Assembly (NCBI GenBank): GCA_934514285.1
Contig: CAKSXE010000002.1
Location: 18,804-82,803, forward strand
DNA: 64,000 bases
Direction: 5' to 3'
Source of the DNA: an uncultured Faecalibacterium sp.
Lineage (GTDB): Bacteria > Bacillota > Clostridia > Oscillospirales > Ruminococcaceae
Shown in pieces: positions 45,333-56,767 of this stretch. The notes under the pieces are model-generated. The model made no database searches, was not told the origin of the DNA, and saw only the letters and a program-made list of their open reading frames with translations. Each line of letters opens with the position of its first letter. Position 1 is the stretch's first letter. A program made the translations under genes and the position numbers.

Positions 45333-45872
45333 ATGGCAAACCGAAACCATGACCCGAAGAAAACACACGAGATCGCACTTTCCGGCCTGCTGTTCGCGCT
45401 GGCGATGGCGCTTTCCTTCATCGAAGGCACACTGGTCATCCCGGGCCTTGCGCCGGGCATGAAGCTGGGCCTTGCGAACATCGTGGTGATGTATGCGCTG
45501 TTCTTCATGGGGGCGCGGCAGGCGCTCTATCTCGACCTGCTCAAGGCGCTGTTCGTCTTCCTCGTCTCCGGCTGGACGGCAGGCTTCCTCTCGCTCTGCG
45601 GCGGGCTGCTCTCCCTGCTGGTGATGTGGGTGCTCTACTATAAGCTCCCGTTCCAGCCCACATGGTTCATCCTGTCGGTCTGCGGCGCACTGTCCCACAA
45701 CATCGGCCAGCTGCTTGGCGCGGGGCTCATCCTGTCCTCGGCCATGTCGCTGTACTACGCGCCGGTGATGCTGGTGCTGGGCCTCGTCATGGGCGCCCTC
45801 ACCTCCCTGACCCTCCGGGCCATCCTGCCCGCACTGGGCAGACTGGGCTACAACACCCGGGAAAAGCGCTGA
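45333..45872 (+). CDS. Gx-transporter / heptaprenyl diphosphate synthase component-I family membrane protein
   Basis: Small polytopic protein with Gx motifs. Confidence 0.45.
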   Translation: MANRNHDPKKTHEIALSGLLFALAMALSFIEGTLVIPGLAPGMKLGLANIVVMYALFFMGARQALYLDLLKALFVFLVSGWTAGFLSLCGGLLSLLVMWVLYYKLPFQPTWFILSVCGALSHNIGQLLGAGLILSSAMSLYYAPVMLVLGLVMGALTSLTLRAILPALGRLGYNTREKR

Positions 45873-45990
45873 ACAGTTGCATCTGCAAACATTTTTCGCT
45901 ATAATAAAATGATAGATTTGATATGACCCTACAAAAAAGCCGCCCTTATGGATGACTCGCATCCGAGGGACGGCTGGGAGGTTTTGTACT

Positions 45991-48441
<2,451 letters not shown>

Positions 48442-48459
48442 GACGAAAGGAGCGAAGCT

Positions 48460-49074
48460 ATGAACTATAACAAAGCGGATTTCATTGCAAGCTACGGCAT
48501 TTCCAGCCAGCTGCCCGAGAGCGACCGCCCGGAGCTGAGCTTCTCCGGCCGCTCCAACGTGGGCAAATCCAGCCTCATCAACAAGCTCTGCAACCGCAAG
48601 AATCTCGCCCGCGTGTCCAGTACGCCGGGCAAGACGGCTACCATCAACTTCTACGCGGTGGATGACTGCTACTTCGTGGACCTGCCCGGCTACGGCTATG
48701 CCAAGGTGAGCAACGCCGACCGTGAGCGCTGGGACGACCTCATCAACAGCTACTTCGAGGCCCAGCGCCACCACACCCTGCTGGTCCAGCTCATCGACTG
48801 CCGTCACGCCCCCAGCGCCGACGACATCCAGATGCTGCACTACCTCCACTACCACAACATCCCCTTCGTCGTGGCCCTGACCAAGGCCGACAAGCTCAAG
48901 AAGAGCCAGCTGGCCCAGACGCAGGAGGAGTTCGAAAAGCTCTGCCTGCCCTACGGCTGCCAGAAGGTGGTGCTGACCAGCGGCGAGAGCGGCTACGGCA
49001 TCCCGGAGCTGCAGGCTGTGCTGAACGCAGCCGTCGCCGCCGAGTACGAGGCAAACGCAGAGGACGCGGAGTAA
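48460..49074 (+). CDS. engB: ribosome biogenesis GTPase YsxC/EngB
   Basis: GRSNVGKSSLIN, DLPGYG, TKADK; lon-engB order as in Bacillus. Confidence 0.85.
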   Translation: MNYNKADFIASYGISSQLPESDRPELSFSGRSNVGKSSLINKLCNRKNLARVSSTPGKTATINFYAVDDCYFVDLPGYGYAKVSNADRERWDDLINSYFEAQRHHTLLVQLIDCRHAPSADDIQMLHYLHYHNIPFVVALTKADKLKKSQLAQTQEEFEKLCLPYGCQKVVLTSGESGYGIPELQAVLNAAVAAEYEANAEDAE

Positions 49075-49078
49075 CGCA

Positions 49079-49831
49079 ATGGCTTACAACGAATTTGCTT
49101 ATTTTTACGATGAGTTCAACGGCGAGGCCGACTACGAGGCCCTGTATGCCCACATCAAAAAAGAGCTGGAAGCCCACGGCGTCCATGACGGCATCCTCGC
49201 CGACCTGGGCTGCGGGACAGGGGAGCTGACCCTGATGCTCACCCAGGCGGGCTACGATATGATCGGCATCGACCAGTCGGAGGAGATGCTCTGCGTCGTC
49301 CGGGACAAGGCCGAGCAGCTGGGCCTTTCCGGCGGCCTGCTTCTTTTGCGGCAGGACCTGCTCAAGCTGGACCTCTACGGCACCATCCGGGGCGCGGTGT
49401 CCACCTTCGACACCTTCAACCACATCCCGGACCTGGACAAAGCCATCGCCAACGCCGGTTTCTTTATGGAAAAGGGCGGTGTGCTCCTGTTCGATATGAA
49501 CACGCCCTATAAGCACCGGAACGTGCTGGGCGAAAACGTCTTTACCTTTGAAGAAGAGGACGCCTCCTGCGTCTGGCGCAACCATTACAGCGCTGCCGAC
49601 CGCCGGGTGGAGATCAGCGTGGACATCGACTACCGCGAGACGGGGGAACACTTCCACGAGCAGTTCTACGAGTACACCTACGACCTCGACACCATCCGCG
49701 CCGCTCTGGAAAAGCATGGTTTTGCGCTGGAAAGTGTCTGCGACGGCGAGAGCTTTGGCCCTCTGACCGACGAGAGCGAGCGCTATTTCTTCTGCGCAGT
49801 CAAACAGTATACCCAACTGGAGGATCAATAA
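49079..49831 (+). CDS. class I SAM-dependent methyltransferase
   Basis: LADLGCGTG motif I. Confidence 0.65.
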   Translation: MAYNEFAYFYDEFNGEADYEALYAHIKKELEAHGVHDGILADLGCGTGELTLMLTQAGYDMIGIDQSEEMLCVVRDKAEQLGLSGGLLLLRQDLLKLDLYGTIRGAVSTFDTFNHIPDLDKAIANAGFFMEKGGVLLFDMNTPYKHRNVLGENVFTFEEEDASCVWRNHYSAADRRVEISVDIDYRETGEHFHEQFYEYTYDLDTIRAALEKHGFALESVCDGESFGPLTDESERYFFCAVKQYTQLEDQ

Positions 49832-49832
49832 T

Positions 49833-50717
49833 ATGTCGAATCTTATCCGCGGCATTTCTGAAAACGGCGGTGTCGTGTTCTGCGGCGTGGACTCCACGGA
49901 GATCGTCCGCACGGCAGAAAAGCTGCATACCACCAGCGCCACCTGCAGTGCGGCCCTTGGCCGTCTGCTCACCGGTGTCTCCCTGATGGGCGCGATGCTC
50001 AAGGATGATGGCGACTCCATCACCCTGCGCGTGTCCGGCGGCGGCCCGGCAGGCGTCGTCATCGCCTGCACCGACGCACACGGCAACGTCAAAGGCTGCA
50101 TCGACCACCCGCTGGTGGAGCTTCCCGCAAAGGAGAATGGCCATCTGGACGTGGGCGGCGCAGTCGGCAAAGACGGCGTTCTGACCGTCATCCGGGACAA
50201 CAGGCTCCAGAAGGAGCCGACGGTGGGTCAGGTGCCGCTGGTGTCCGGCGAGATCGCCGAGGACATCACCAGCTACTACGCCTACAGCGAGCAGATCCCC
50301 ACCGTGTGTGCGCTGGGCGTTCTGGTGGACAAGGACCTGTCCATCGCCTGCGCCGGCGGCTATCTGCTGCAGCTCCTGCCGGGCGCGACCGATGCCGAGA
50401 TCACCCGTCTGGAGCAGAACATCGCCGCCATGCCTTCCGTCACCGAGATGCTCCGGGCAGGGAAGACCCCGCAGGATATGATGGAGCTGGCAATGGCAGG
50501 CTTCGACCCGCAGGTCCTCGATACCCGCGAGGTGAAGTATCAGTGCGACTGCAGCGAGGAGCGCACGAAGGATATGCTCCTCAGCCTTGGCCGCAAAGAG
50601 CTGGTAAAGCTCCGGGACGAAGACCCGAAGTGTGAGGTGGTCTGCCACTTCTGTCACACAAAGTATGAGTTCGACCTGAACGAGCTTCTGGCCGAGACGA
50701 CTCCGGAAGAAAAGTAA
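49833..50717 (+). CDS. hslO: Hsp33 redox-regulated chaperone
   Basis: C-terminal zinc centre CDCSEE...CHFCHTKY. Confidence 0.8.
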   Translation: MSNLIRGISENGGVVFCGVDSTEIVRTAEKLHTTSATCSAALGRLLTGVSLMGAMLKDDGDSITLRVSGGGPAGVVIACTDAHGNVKGCIDHPLVELPAKENGHLDVGGAVGKDGVLTVIRDNRLQKEPTVGQVPLVSGEIAEDITSYYAYSEQIPTVCALGVLVDKDLSIACAGGYLLQLLPGATDAEITRLEQNIAAMPSVTEMLRAGKTPQDMMELAMAGFDPQVLDTREVKYQCDCSEERTKDMLLSLGRKELVKLRDEDPKCEVVCHFCHTKYEFDLNELLAETTPEEK

Positions 50718-50782
50718 CAAAAATCCATAGTCATAAAACGCCGCATGGCCGGAGCAGATGAGCTCGGGGCTGTGCGGCGTTT

Positions 50783-51928
50783 TCATTTGCAGATGTCGGC
50801 GGTGATGGTGTAGACGACCCGGTAGTGGAGGGTGTTTTCTTCGACAGAGACGTCCTCTTTGCGGGCCAGAAGCTCAAAATCAGGCCAATTCTGCTGTAAA
50901 GCTTGTTTACTTTGCAGCCTGGCAAGAGCCAGAGCCTGCTCTTCGGCTCGTTCCAAATCGGTGGGGACTTTGTGATAATATGTCGTTTCTTCGACAAAAA
51001 CCGAAACGGGAAGCCCGAAGGCTTCTGGCTGGTAGTGCCGGACGACGACTGCGGCCTCTGCCGAGTTTGGGACGGAATGCAGGGAGGGCAGAGCGATAGC
51101 ATGACCGCCCCAGAACAGCGTCCGATGCACGGTCTGCTGCCCGGTGAGCTGTTCGATGGGCAGCGTCAGGGCAATGTCCTGCGCGTTTTCCCACTCGAAC
51201 TGCGCCCGGATGCTGCCCGCCGCAGGCTGAAAGACGAGCGTTCCGTCCCGTTCGGCGCGGGCTGTCCCGATGAGGCCCTGACCGGCTTCTACGGCCTGGC
51301 CGGGGACGACGAGCATCGTCCCGCTGACGAGGTTGGTGCTCACGACCGTGCCGGACACCCTGGCCCGGAGGCCGTGGAGCGTCCCGGCAGCGATGTCCGG
51401 CACCGGTTTCGCCGCAGCCGCTTCCGCCACCAGCTTTCCCTTTGCGAAGTTGAGGCTGGCCCAGGAAAACTCACCGCTCTGGAGCAGGGCATATTCTCCG
51501 GCGGTGAGCTTTTCCTGTGTGACGGCATTTCCCGGGAAAAGCCCTGCCTCCCACAGGACGACGGCGGCCCGCGCCTGCTGGCCGGGCGTCAGGCCCACCG
51601 GCTCGACGAACCAGACGAAGCCTTGCAGCCAGAGCAGCAGCGGGAGAAAGACAAGGCATCCGGCCCAGAGCCCCCGCCGCCGGAGAAGGGGACGGATGCA
51701 AAAGAAAAGACCCTGCCGTTTTTGGATGCGCAGCCGCACCCGCCGTCTGCGGGCCAGAGAGGCCAGCTTCCGGTAATGCCATGCGGCGCACCGGGCCGAG
51801 AACCCGCCGGGCCGGGGAACGATGTCGGAGAGGTGCAGCCCGCCTGCGGCCGCAGCAGTCAGCAGACCTTCGGCATCGCCGTTCTGCGCCGCAAAGGTGA
51901 TGCCTGCCCAGAGCTGAGTCCATTCCAT
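50783..51928 (-). CDS. yqfD: sporulation protein YqfD
   Basis: YqfD-family pattern (N-terminal region, central TM, C-terminal conserved domain). Confidence 0.6.
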   Translation of the reverse strand: MEWTQLWAGITFAAQNGDAEGLLTAAAAGGLHLSDIVPRPGGFSARCAAWHYRKLASLARRRRVRLRIQKRQGLFFCIRPLLRRRGLWAGCLVFLPLLLWLQGFVWFVEPVGLTPGQQARAAVVLWEAGLFPGNAVTQEKLTAGEYALLQSGEFSWASLNFAKGKLVAEAAAAKPVPDIAAGTLHGLRARVSGTVVSTNLVSGTMLVVPGQAVEAGQGLIGTARAERDGTLVFQPAAGSIRAQFEWENAQDIALTLPIEQLTGQQTVHRTLFWGGHAIALPSLHSVPNSAEAAVVVRHYQPEAFGLPVSVFVEETTYYHKVPTDLERAEEQALALARLQSKQALQQNWPDFELLARKEDVSVEENTLHYRVVYTITADICK

Positions 51929-51940
51929 GGTAGAAAGCTC

Positions 51941-52246
51941 CTATTCCTTTGAAAAATCGGTCCGCAGGATCTGCCCCCGCAGGGTGAGTCTCCGGGCAGA
52001 GAGCGTCTCTATCTTCAAATCGTCGCCGTAGACCGTCAGAGTGCCGCGCCCCAGCTCGAGACAGAGCCTGCCTTCTTCGTAGGAGCGGATGCGCCGGAAC
52101 TGCTCGATCTCCATCCTTCTGCCGCTCAGGTAGACCGAAGCCCGTCCATAGAAGTCCCCGGGCGGCTGACGGAACATCCGCCGGAACCAGCCGCGCAGGG
52201 AATGCGTTTGCTTTCGTTTCCTTCCCACGCTGCTCCCTCCCGCCAT
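51941..52246 (-). CDS. yqfC: sporulation protein YqfC
   Basis: LCLELGRGTLTVYGDDLKIETLSARRLTLRGQILRTDF is the YqfC signature; start is uncertain (ATG at 52246, or later at about 52177). Confidence 0.55.
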   Translation of the reverse strand: MAGGSSVGRKRKQTHSLRGWFRRMFRQPPGDFYGRASVYLSGRRMEIEQFRRIRSYEEGRLCLELGRGTLTVYGDDLKIETLSARRLTLRGQILRTDFSKE

Positions 52247-52295
52247 GCAAACCGCTGCCAATTACCACATATATATGGAAATGGAGGGTGCGCAT

Positions 52296-53384
52296 ATGAT
52301 TCAGAAAGAGAAAATCCGGAGCACGGGGTATTTTTTGATGGCGCTGGCTGCGGGTCTGCTGCCGTTTGCCGCGCCGGATGCCTGTGCGCAGGCCCTGCGG
52401 GAGGGGCTGGCGCTCTGCGGCGGTCCGCTGCTGCTCTCGCTGTTCCCGTTCCTCATCGTGTCCACGCTGCTCATCCAATGCCCGGCGGCGGATGTGCTGG
52501 GGCTGCCCTTCTGCCCGGTGGCAAGGCTCATCGGGGTCCGCGCTCCGGCGGCTGGGCGGGTGCTGCTCATCGGGTCTCTGGGCGGCTTTGCCCCCGCAGC
52601 AAGTGCTGCCGCTGAGGCCGTCCGCTCCGGGCAGCTCACCGCGCGGGAGGCCGATGCGCTCCTTCCGGCCTGTGTCTGTTCCGGCCCGTCCTTTGTGATA
52701 TTGGCTGTCGGGCAGTCTATGCTGGGCAGTGCAGAGCTGGGCGTCCTGCTGTTCCTTGCACAGGTGGCGGCGGGCTATCTGTCCGCCGCGCTTCTGGCGC
52801 GGCTGGGAGGGACGCCCGGGTCAAGGGCGCACCCCGCTGTCCCGACCGCTTCGCAGTTCCTCCGGCTGGACGGCATCATTGCGCAGGCGGCACAGACCTA
52901 CCTCAAGCTCTGCGGCTTCGTCCTGTTTTTCCGGATGCTGGCCGCAGGAGCGGGGGAGGTGCTGCCCTCCGGTGCAGGCGTTTTCTGCGCGATGCTTTTA
53001 GAGGTCTGCTCCGGCTGTGACCTGGCTGCGAAAAGCGGCCGGTTCGCCAGTATGCTGTGCTGCGCGGCGCTGAGCGTGCAGGGGCTCTCCGTCCTGATGC
53101 AGGTGCGGACCATCTGCCCGCCCGAGATGACCCTCCGCCCACTCTACCGCGCCCGGCTGCTCCATCTGCCGCTTTCGTTGCTGGTATTCTATCTTCTCCT
53201 TCCTCAGCGGGCGCAGGAGACGTTCAGCACCCTGTGCGGCCGTGTGACCACGATGCGCCGCCTCCCGCCCGACTGTGCGCTGCTGGTGTTTCTCGGCTGC
53301 TGCTTTGCCGTCTGTGAGCTGAGCCGCGTCCTTGCAAAGGAGCCGAATCAAACACAGAAGGACAAAGTTGCGAATCAATCTTGA
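52296..53384 (+). CDS. polytopic membrane protein, nucleoside-recognition (Gate) domain-like, possibly YlbJ-type
   Basis: GGAGGGTG RBS before MIQKEK; many TM helices. Confidence 0.35.
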   Translation: MIQKEKIRSTGYFLMALAAGLLPFAAPDACAQALREGLALCGGPLLLSLFPFLIVSTLLIQCPAADVLGLPFCPVARLIGVRAPAAGRVLLIGSLGGFAPAASAAAEAVRSGQLTAREADALLPACVCSGPSFVILAVGQSMLGSAELGVLLFLAQVAAGYLSAALLARLGGTPGSRAHPAVPTASQFLRLDGIIAQAAQTYLKLCGFVLFFRMLAAGAGEVLPSGAGVFCAMLLEVCSGCDLAAKSGRFASMLCCAALSVQGLSVLMQVRTICPPEMTLRPLYRARLLHLPLSLLVFYLLLPQRAQETFSTLCGRVTTMRRLPPDCALLVFLGCCFAVCELSRVLAKEPNQTQKDKVANQS

Positions 53385-53435
53385 CAGCTCCCGGCTTTTA
53401 TGGTAAAATATCACACGTTGCAGAGATCGCAATGT

Positions 53436-53511
53436 GCTACTGTGGCTCAGCCGGTAGAGCAGCTCACTCGTAATGAGCAGGTCGTCCGTTCGAATCGGAT
53501 CAGTAGCTCCA
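53436..53511 (+). tRNA. tRNA-Thr (anticodon CGT)
   Basis: Cloverleaf drawn by hand: acceptor GCTACTG/CAGTAGC, D-arm GCTC-AGCCGGTA-GAGC, anticodon stem GCTCA/TGAGC with loop CTCGTAA, T-arm GTCCG-TTCGAAT-CGGAT, discriminator T, encoded CCA. Confidence 0.85.
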
Positions 53512-53515
53512 AAGT

Positions 53516-53566
53516 AAAATCCCCGAAAAGTGGCTTCACGCCTAGCTTTTCGGGGATTTTTGTTTG
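53516..53566 (+). terminator. terminator after tRNA-Thr; also direct repeat DR-L
   Basis: aaaatccccgaaaagtggcttcacgcctagcttttcggggatttttgtttgg. Confidence 0.75.
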
Positions 53567-53697
53567 GTTTTATCTGTAAGTAACTACGGAATTGCCAAGT
53601 GGCATCGTTAAGGACAAAATCATAGCCAAGCTATACTCTTTTGTTGACATGGCTTTACCTGCGTGATACAATGCAGATTGTAAGGGGGCGAAAACCG

Positions 53698-54060
53698 ATG
53701 AACGAACGTATTAAAAAAATTCTTGAAGAGCTTGGATTAAAAAGAGTTGACTTTGCAAACAGGTTGCACATTTCACAGCCGTTTGCATCCGAACTTTGTT
53801 CTGGTGCTAAATCTCCCAGTGAACGTACAATTAGTGACATCTGCCGCGAATTTGGCGTCAATGAATCATGGCTGCGCACCGGAGAAGGTGAAATGTTCGC
53901 AGCGCCAACTTCCGCCAGCGATAAAATTATGGACTTTGCTGCAGAGATTGCACGTAATGACGACAAAGAATTTCGTAAGCGATTTGTTGTCATGTTGGCC
54001 GACTTAGAGCCGAAGGACTGGGAACTACTCGAACGTATAGCAGAAAAGCTGACAAAGTAA
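53698..54060 (+). CDS. XRE-family HTH transcriptional regulator
   Basis: MNERIKKILEELGLKRVDFANRLHISQPFASE HTH_3; AT-rich islet. Confidence 0.7.
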   Translation: MNERIKKILEELGLKRVDFANRLHISQPFASELCSGAKSPSERTISDICREFGVNESWLRTGEGEMFAAPTSASDKIMDFAAEIARNDDKEFRKRFVVMLADLEPKDWELLERIAEKLTK

Positions 54061-54204
54061 AAAAGAGGCAGGTTCCCAAAAGGCTCCCTCTAAAGTAGAA
54101 TGATTGTCTTCTCACCGCAATCCAGATGAGCCTCAGGACTTCAGTAATTAAAGCTTGCATTATCAGCTGGACCATATTAGGTATAAAAGGAGCAGGTAAT
54201 ATGG

Positions 54205-54594
54205 ATGGATAAGCTGCATGAAAAATATAACTATCTTAAGGAAGCTGTGAAGCGGCTGCGTGAGGCATTGGACGATTATAAGAAATACCCGCTGGATTCT
54301 GTGCGGGATGGTGCCATCCAGCGCTTTGAGTTTTGCACGGAGCTTGCATGGAAAACGATGCGTGAATATCTGCTCGACCAAGGATATACTAATATCAACA
54401 GCCCGAAAGAGGTCATCAAGCAAGCTTTTGCATTCGGCATGATAGAGGACTCGAAGATGTGGTTGGAGCTGCTGAATGACCGCAACTTGACCAGCCATGT
54501 CTATGATGAGGCAACTGCAAGAGCGATTTTTGACCGCATTAAGAGCCAGTATCTGCTGCTGTTCGATAAGTCGCTGGCTTATATGCAGGAGTAA
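54205..54594 (+). CDS. HI0074-family nucleotidyltransferase substrate-binding (HEPN-like) protein, orphan
   Basis: QRFEFCTELAWKTMREYL pattern of the NTase_sub_bind/HEPN family; no partner minimal nucleotidyltransferase ORF nearby. Confidence 0.6.
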   Translation: MDKLHEKYNYLKEAVKRLREALDDYKKYPLDSVRDGAIQRFEFCTELAWKTMREYLLDQGYTNINSPKEVIKQAFAFGMIEDSKMWLELLNDRNLTSHVYDEATARAIFDRIKSQYLLLFDKSLAYMQE

Positions 54595-54611
54595 CAGAAT
54601 ATAAAACAACA

Positions 54612-54663
54612 AAAATCCCTGAAAAGTGGCTTCGCGCCTAGCTTTTCGGGGATTTTTACTTGG
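54612..54663. terminator. bidirectional terminator; also direct repeat DR-R (about 46/50 identical to DR-L)
   Basis: aaaatccctgaaaagtggcttcgcgcctagcttttcggggatttttacttgg. Confidence 0.7.
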
Positions 54664-54687
54664 AAAAGACGCCGAGCGTTCCCAATC

Positions 54688-54897
54688 TCACTCGCTCTCA
54701 AATAATTCGCGGGGCGTTATATCGAGGATGTCGCAAAGCCCGAAGGCCATCTCTGCTTTGGGGAAGCTTACGCCGTTTTCATAATTGCTGACTGCACCCG
54801 TTGTAATGCCAAGCTTATCTGCAAGCTCCTGCTGCGTGAGCCCGGCACGCTTCCGGCTTTCACGGATGATAATGGAAGCGCGTGTGGGTTTGGACAT
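54688..54897 (-). CDS. XRE-family HTH regulator (Cro/CI-like)
   Basis: MSKPTRASIIIRESRKRAGLTQQELADKLGITTGAVSNYENG; GAGGTG RBS. Confidence 0.7.
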   Translation of the reverse strand: MSKPTRASIIIRESRKRAGLTQQELADKLGITTGAVSNYENGVSFPKAEMAFGLCDILDITPRELFESE

Positions 54898-55206
54898 ATG
54901 TTTCACCTCGATCCAATCATAAAAAGAAAATACTCGAAATAGAAACTCATTATTAAGTTTATACCATTTTTATAGTGAAATGACAAGAATCCTCTCAATA
55001 TGTGTTGCGCGGGCCACAAAAATATCAAAATGCAATCGAAGCAGCTGTCCCAGAGACGGCTTTGAAAAGACTGATGGAGCAGGTTTCGAGTGCTCTGCCA
55101 AACCACCATATGCGGTTGAAAAATTTTGTGCAATTTTCATAGTTTTCTTCGCGCTGTTTTGGTGGTACAATAGGGGCAGAATCTAGTGACATTCAGGAGG
55201 AGCCGC

Positions 55207-56169
55207 ATGGCAGAAAAGAGCATTGAATTAGACAGCGTAGAGATCGCAGCCGCCGTATTCGGGAACTGTGACCGGAACATCCGTATGCTTGAGAAAGAAT
55301 TTTCGGTGACGGCGGTGTGCCGCGGTACGATGCTGCGCATTTCGGGCGAACCGGCCAATGTTGCAGCTGCGGCCCGTGCTGTGGAGGGGATGCTTCTCCT
55401 TATCGAGAACCATACACCGCTGGAAGACCAGACGGTGCGCTACTGCCTGAGCCTAGCGCATGACGGTGAGGAAAAGCGTGTCCGGGAGCTGACCGAAGAT
55501 TTCGTGACGGTGACGGTCAAAGGCCGGCCCATCCGCCCCAAGACACTGGGTCAGAAAGAGTACCTCAACTCCATCCGGAACAACGCCATCACCTTTGGCG
55601 TCGGCCCGGCGGGTACCGGCAAGACCTACCTTGCTGTGGCAATGGCTGTCAAGGCGTTCAAGGCCAAAGATGTCTCCCGCATCGTGCTGACCCGCCCGGC
55701 GGTGGAGGCAGGCGAGAAGCTGGGCTTTTTGCCGGGTGACCTGCAGCAGAAGGTAGACCCCTATCTGCGGCCTCTGTACGACGGCCTGTTCGATATGCTG
55801 GGCGCAGAGACCTATGAGCGTCTGGTGGAAAAGCAGATCATCGAGGTTGCACCGCTTGCCTATATGCGCGGCCGGACACTGGACGATTCCTTCATCATCC
55901 TCGACGAAGCGCAGAACACCACCCCGGAGCAGATGAAGATGTTCCTCACCCGCATGGGCGTCGGCTCTAAAGTGGTCGTTACCGGCGACGTCACTCAGAT
56001 CGACCTGCCTGACCGCACCCGCAGCGGCCTTGTGGATGCACTTCAGGTCCTCAAGGGTGTGAACGGCATCGCGCAGTGCTACTTCACCGAAAAAGACGTG
56101 GTGCGTCACCGTCTGGTGCAGGAGATCATCAAAGCCTACGAGGCCGCTGCCCACCCGGCCAAGCACTGA
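55207..56169 (+). CDS. phoH: PhoH family ATPase
   Basis: GPAGTGKTYLAVA Walker A; PhoH C-terminal domain. Confidence 0.85.
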   Translation: MAEKSIELDSVEIAAAVFGNCDRNIRMLEKEFSVTAVCRGTMLRISGEPANVAAAARAVEGMLLLIENHTPLEDQTVRYCLSLAHDGEEKRVRELTEDFVTVTVKGRPIRPKTLGQKEYLNSIRNNAITFGVGPAGTGKTYLAVAMAVKAFKAKDVSRIVLTRPAVEAGEKLGFLPGDLQQKVDPYLRPLYDGLFDMLGAETYERLVEKQIIEVAPLAYMRGRTLDDSFIILDEAQNTTPEQMKMFLTRMGVGSKVVVTGDVTQIDLPDRTRSGLVDALQVLKGVNGIAQCYFTEKDVVRHRLVQEIIKAYEAAAHPAKH

Positions 56170-56257
56170 ACTCTATGAAAAAACAACCCCGGCGGCATAC
56201 CACAGAAACCGGGGCATTCGCTCAATAGAATGTAGAAACGAAAGGAGCGGACGATTT

Positions 56258-56749
56258 ATGTCCAATAAAGTTTTGATCACCAACTCGCAGAAAGCAATCA
56301 AGGTCCCCTCGGGCCTTCGCATCCTCATCCGCCGCGCCTGCAACGCTGTGCTGGAATATGAGCATTTTGACGACCCGGCAGAGATCAGCGTGACCTTCGT
56401 GGATAACGCAGCCATCGCTGAGCTGAACAACCAGTACCGCAACAAGCCGATGCCCACGGATGTTTTGAGCTTTCCTCTGGGGGAGAACGGCGTCTATGAC
56501 GTGGACGAGAACAACGGCTGCAAGATGCTGGGCGACATCGTCATCAGCATGGAGCGCGCACAGGAGCAGGCGACTCTCTACGGCCATCCGCTGCAGAGAG
56601 AGGTCGCTTTCCTGACGGTCCACTCCATGCTCCATCTGCTGGGCTATGACCATGAGAACGGTGGGCTGGAAGCCATGCGGATGCGTGAGAAGGAAGAAGC
56701 TGTCCTCACTCAGCTGGGTCTGCCCCGCACGGTGAGCTACACGGAATAA
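56258..56749 (+). CDS. ybeY: rRNA maturation RNase YbeY
   Basis: HSMLHLLGYDHE zinc motif. Confidence 0.85.
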   Translation: MSNKVLITNSQKAIKVPSGLRILIRRACNAVLEYEHFDDPAEISVTFVDNAAIAELNNQYRNKPMPTDVLSFPLGENGVYDVDENNGCKMLGDIVISMERAQEQATLYGHPLQREVAFLTVHSMLHLLGYDHENGGLEAMRMREKEEAVLTQLGLPRTVSYTE

Positions 56750-56767
56750 AAAGACAGGAGTTCTATT

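Noticed and set aside
54060-54205. Searched for a minimal nucleotidyltransferase (MNT) partner ORF upstream of the HI0074/HEPN-like gene
   Set aside because: The 145-bp gap has no ORF with the GS...D.D nucleotidyltransferase motif, so the HEPN-like gene is treated as orphan.
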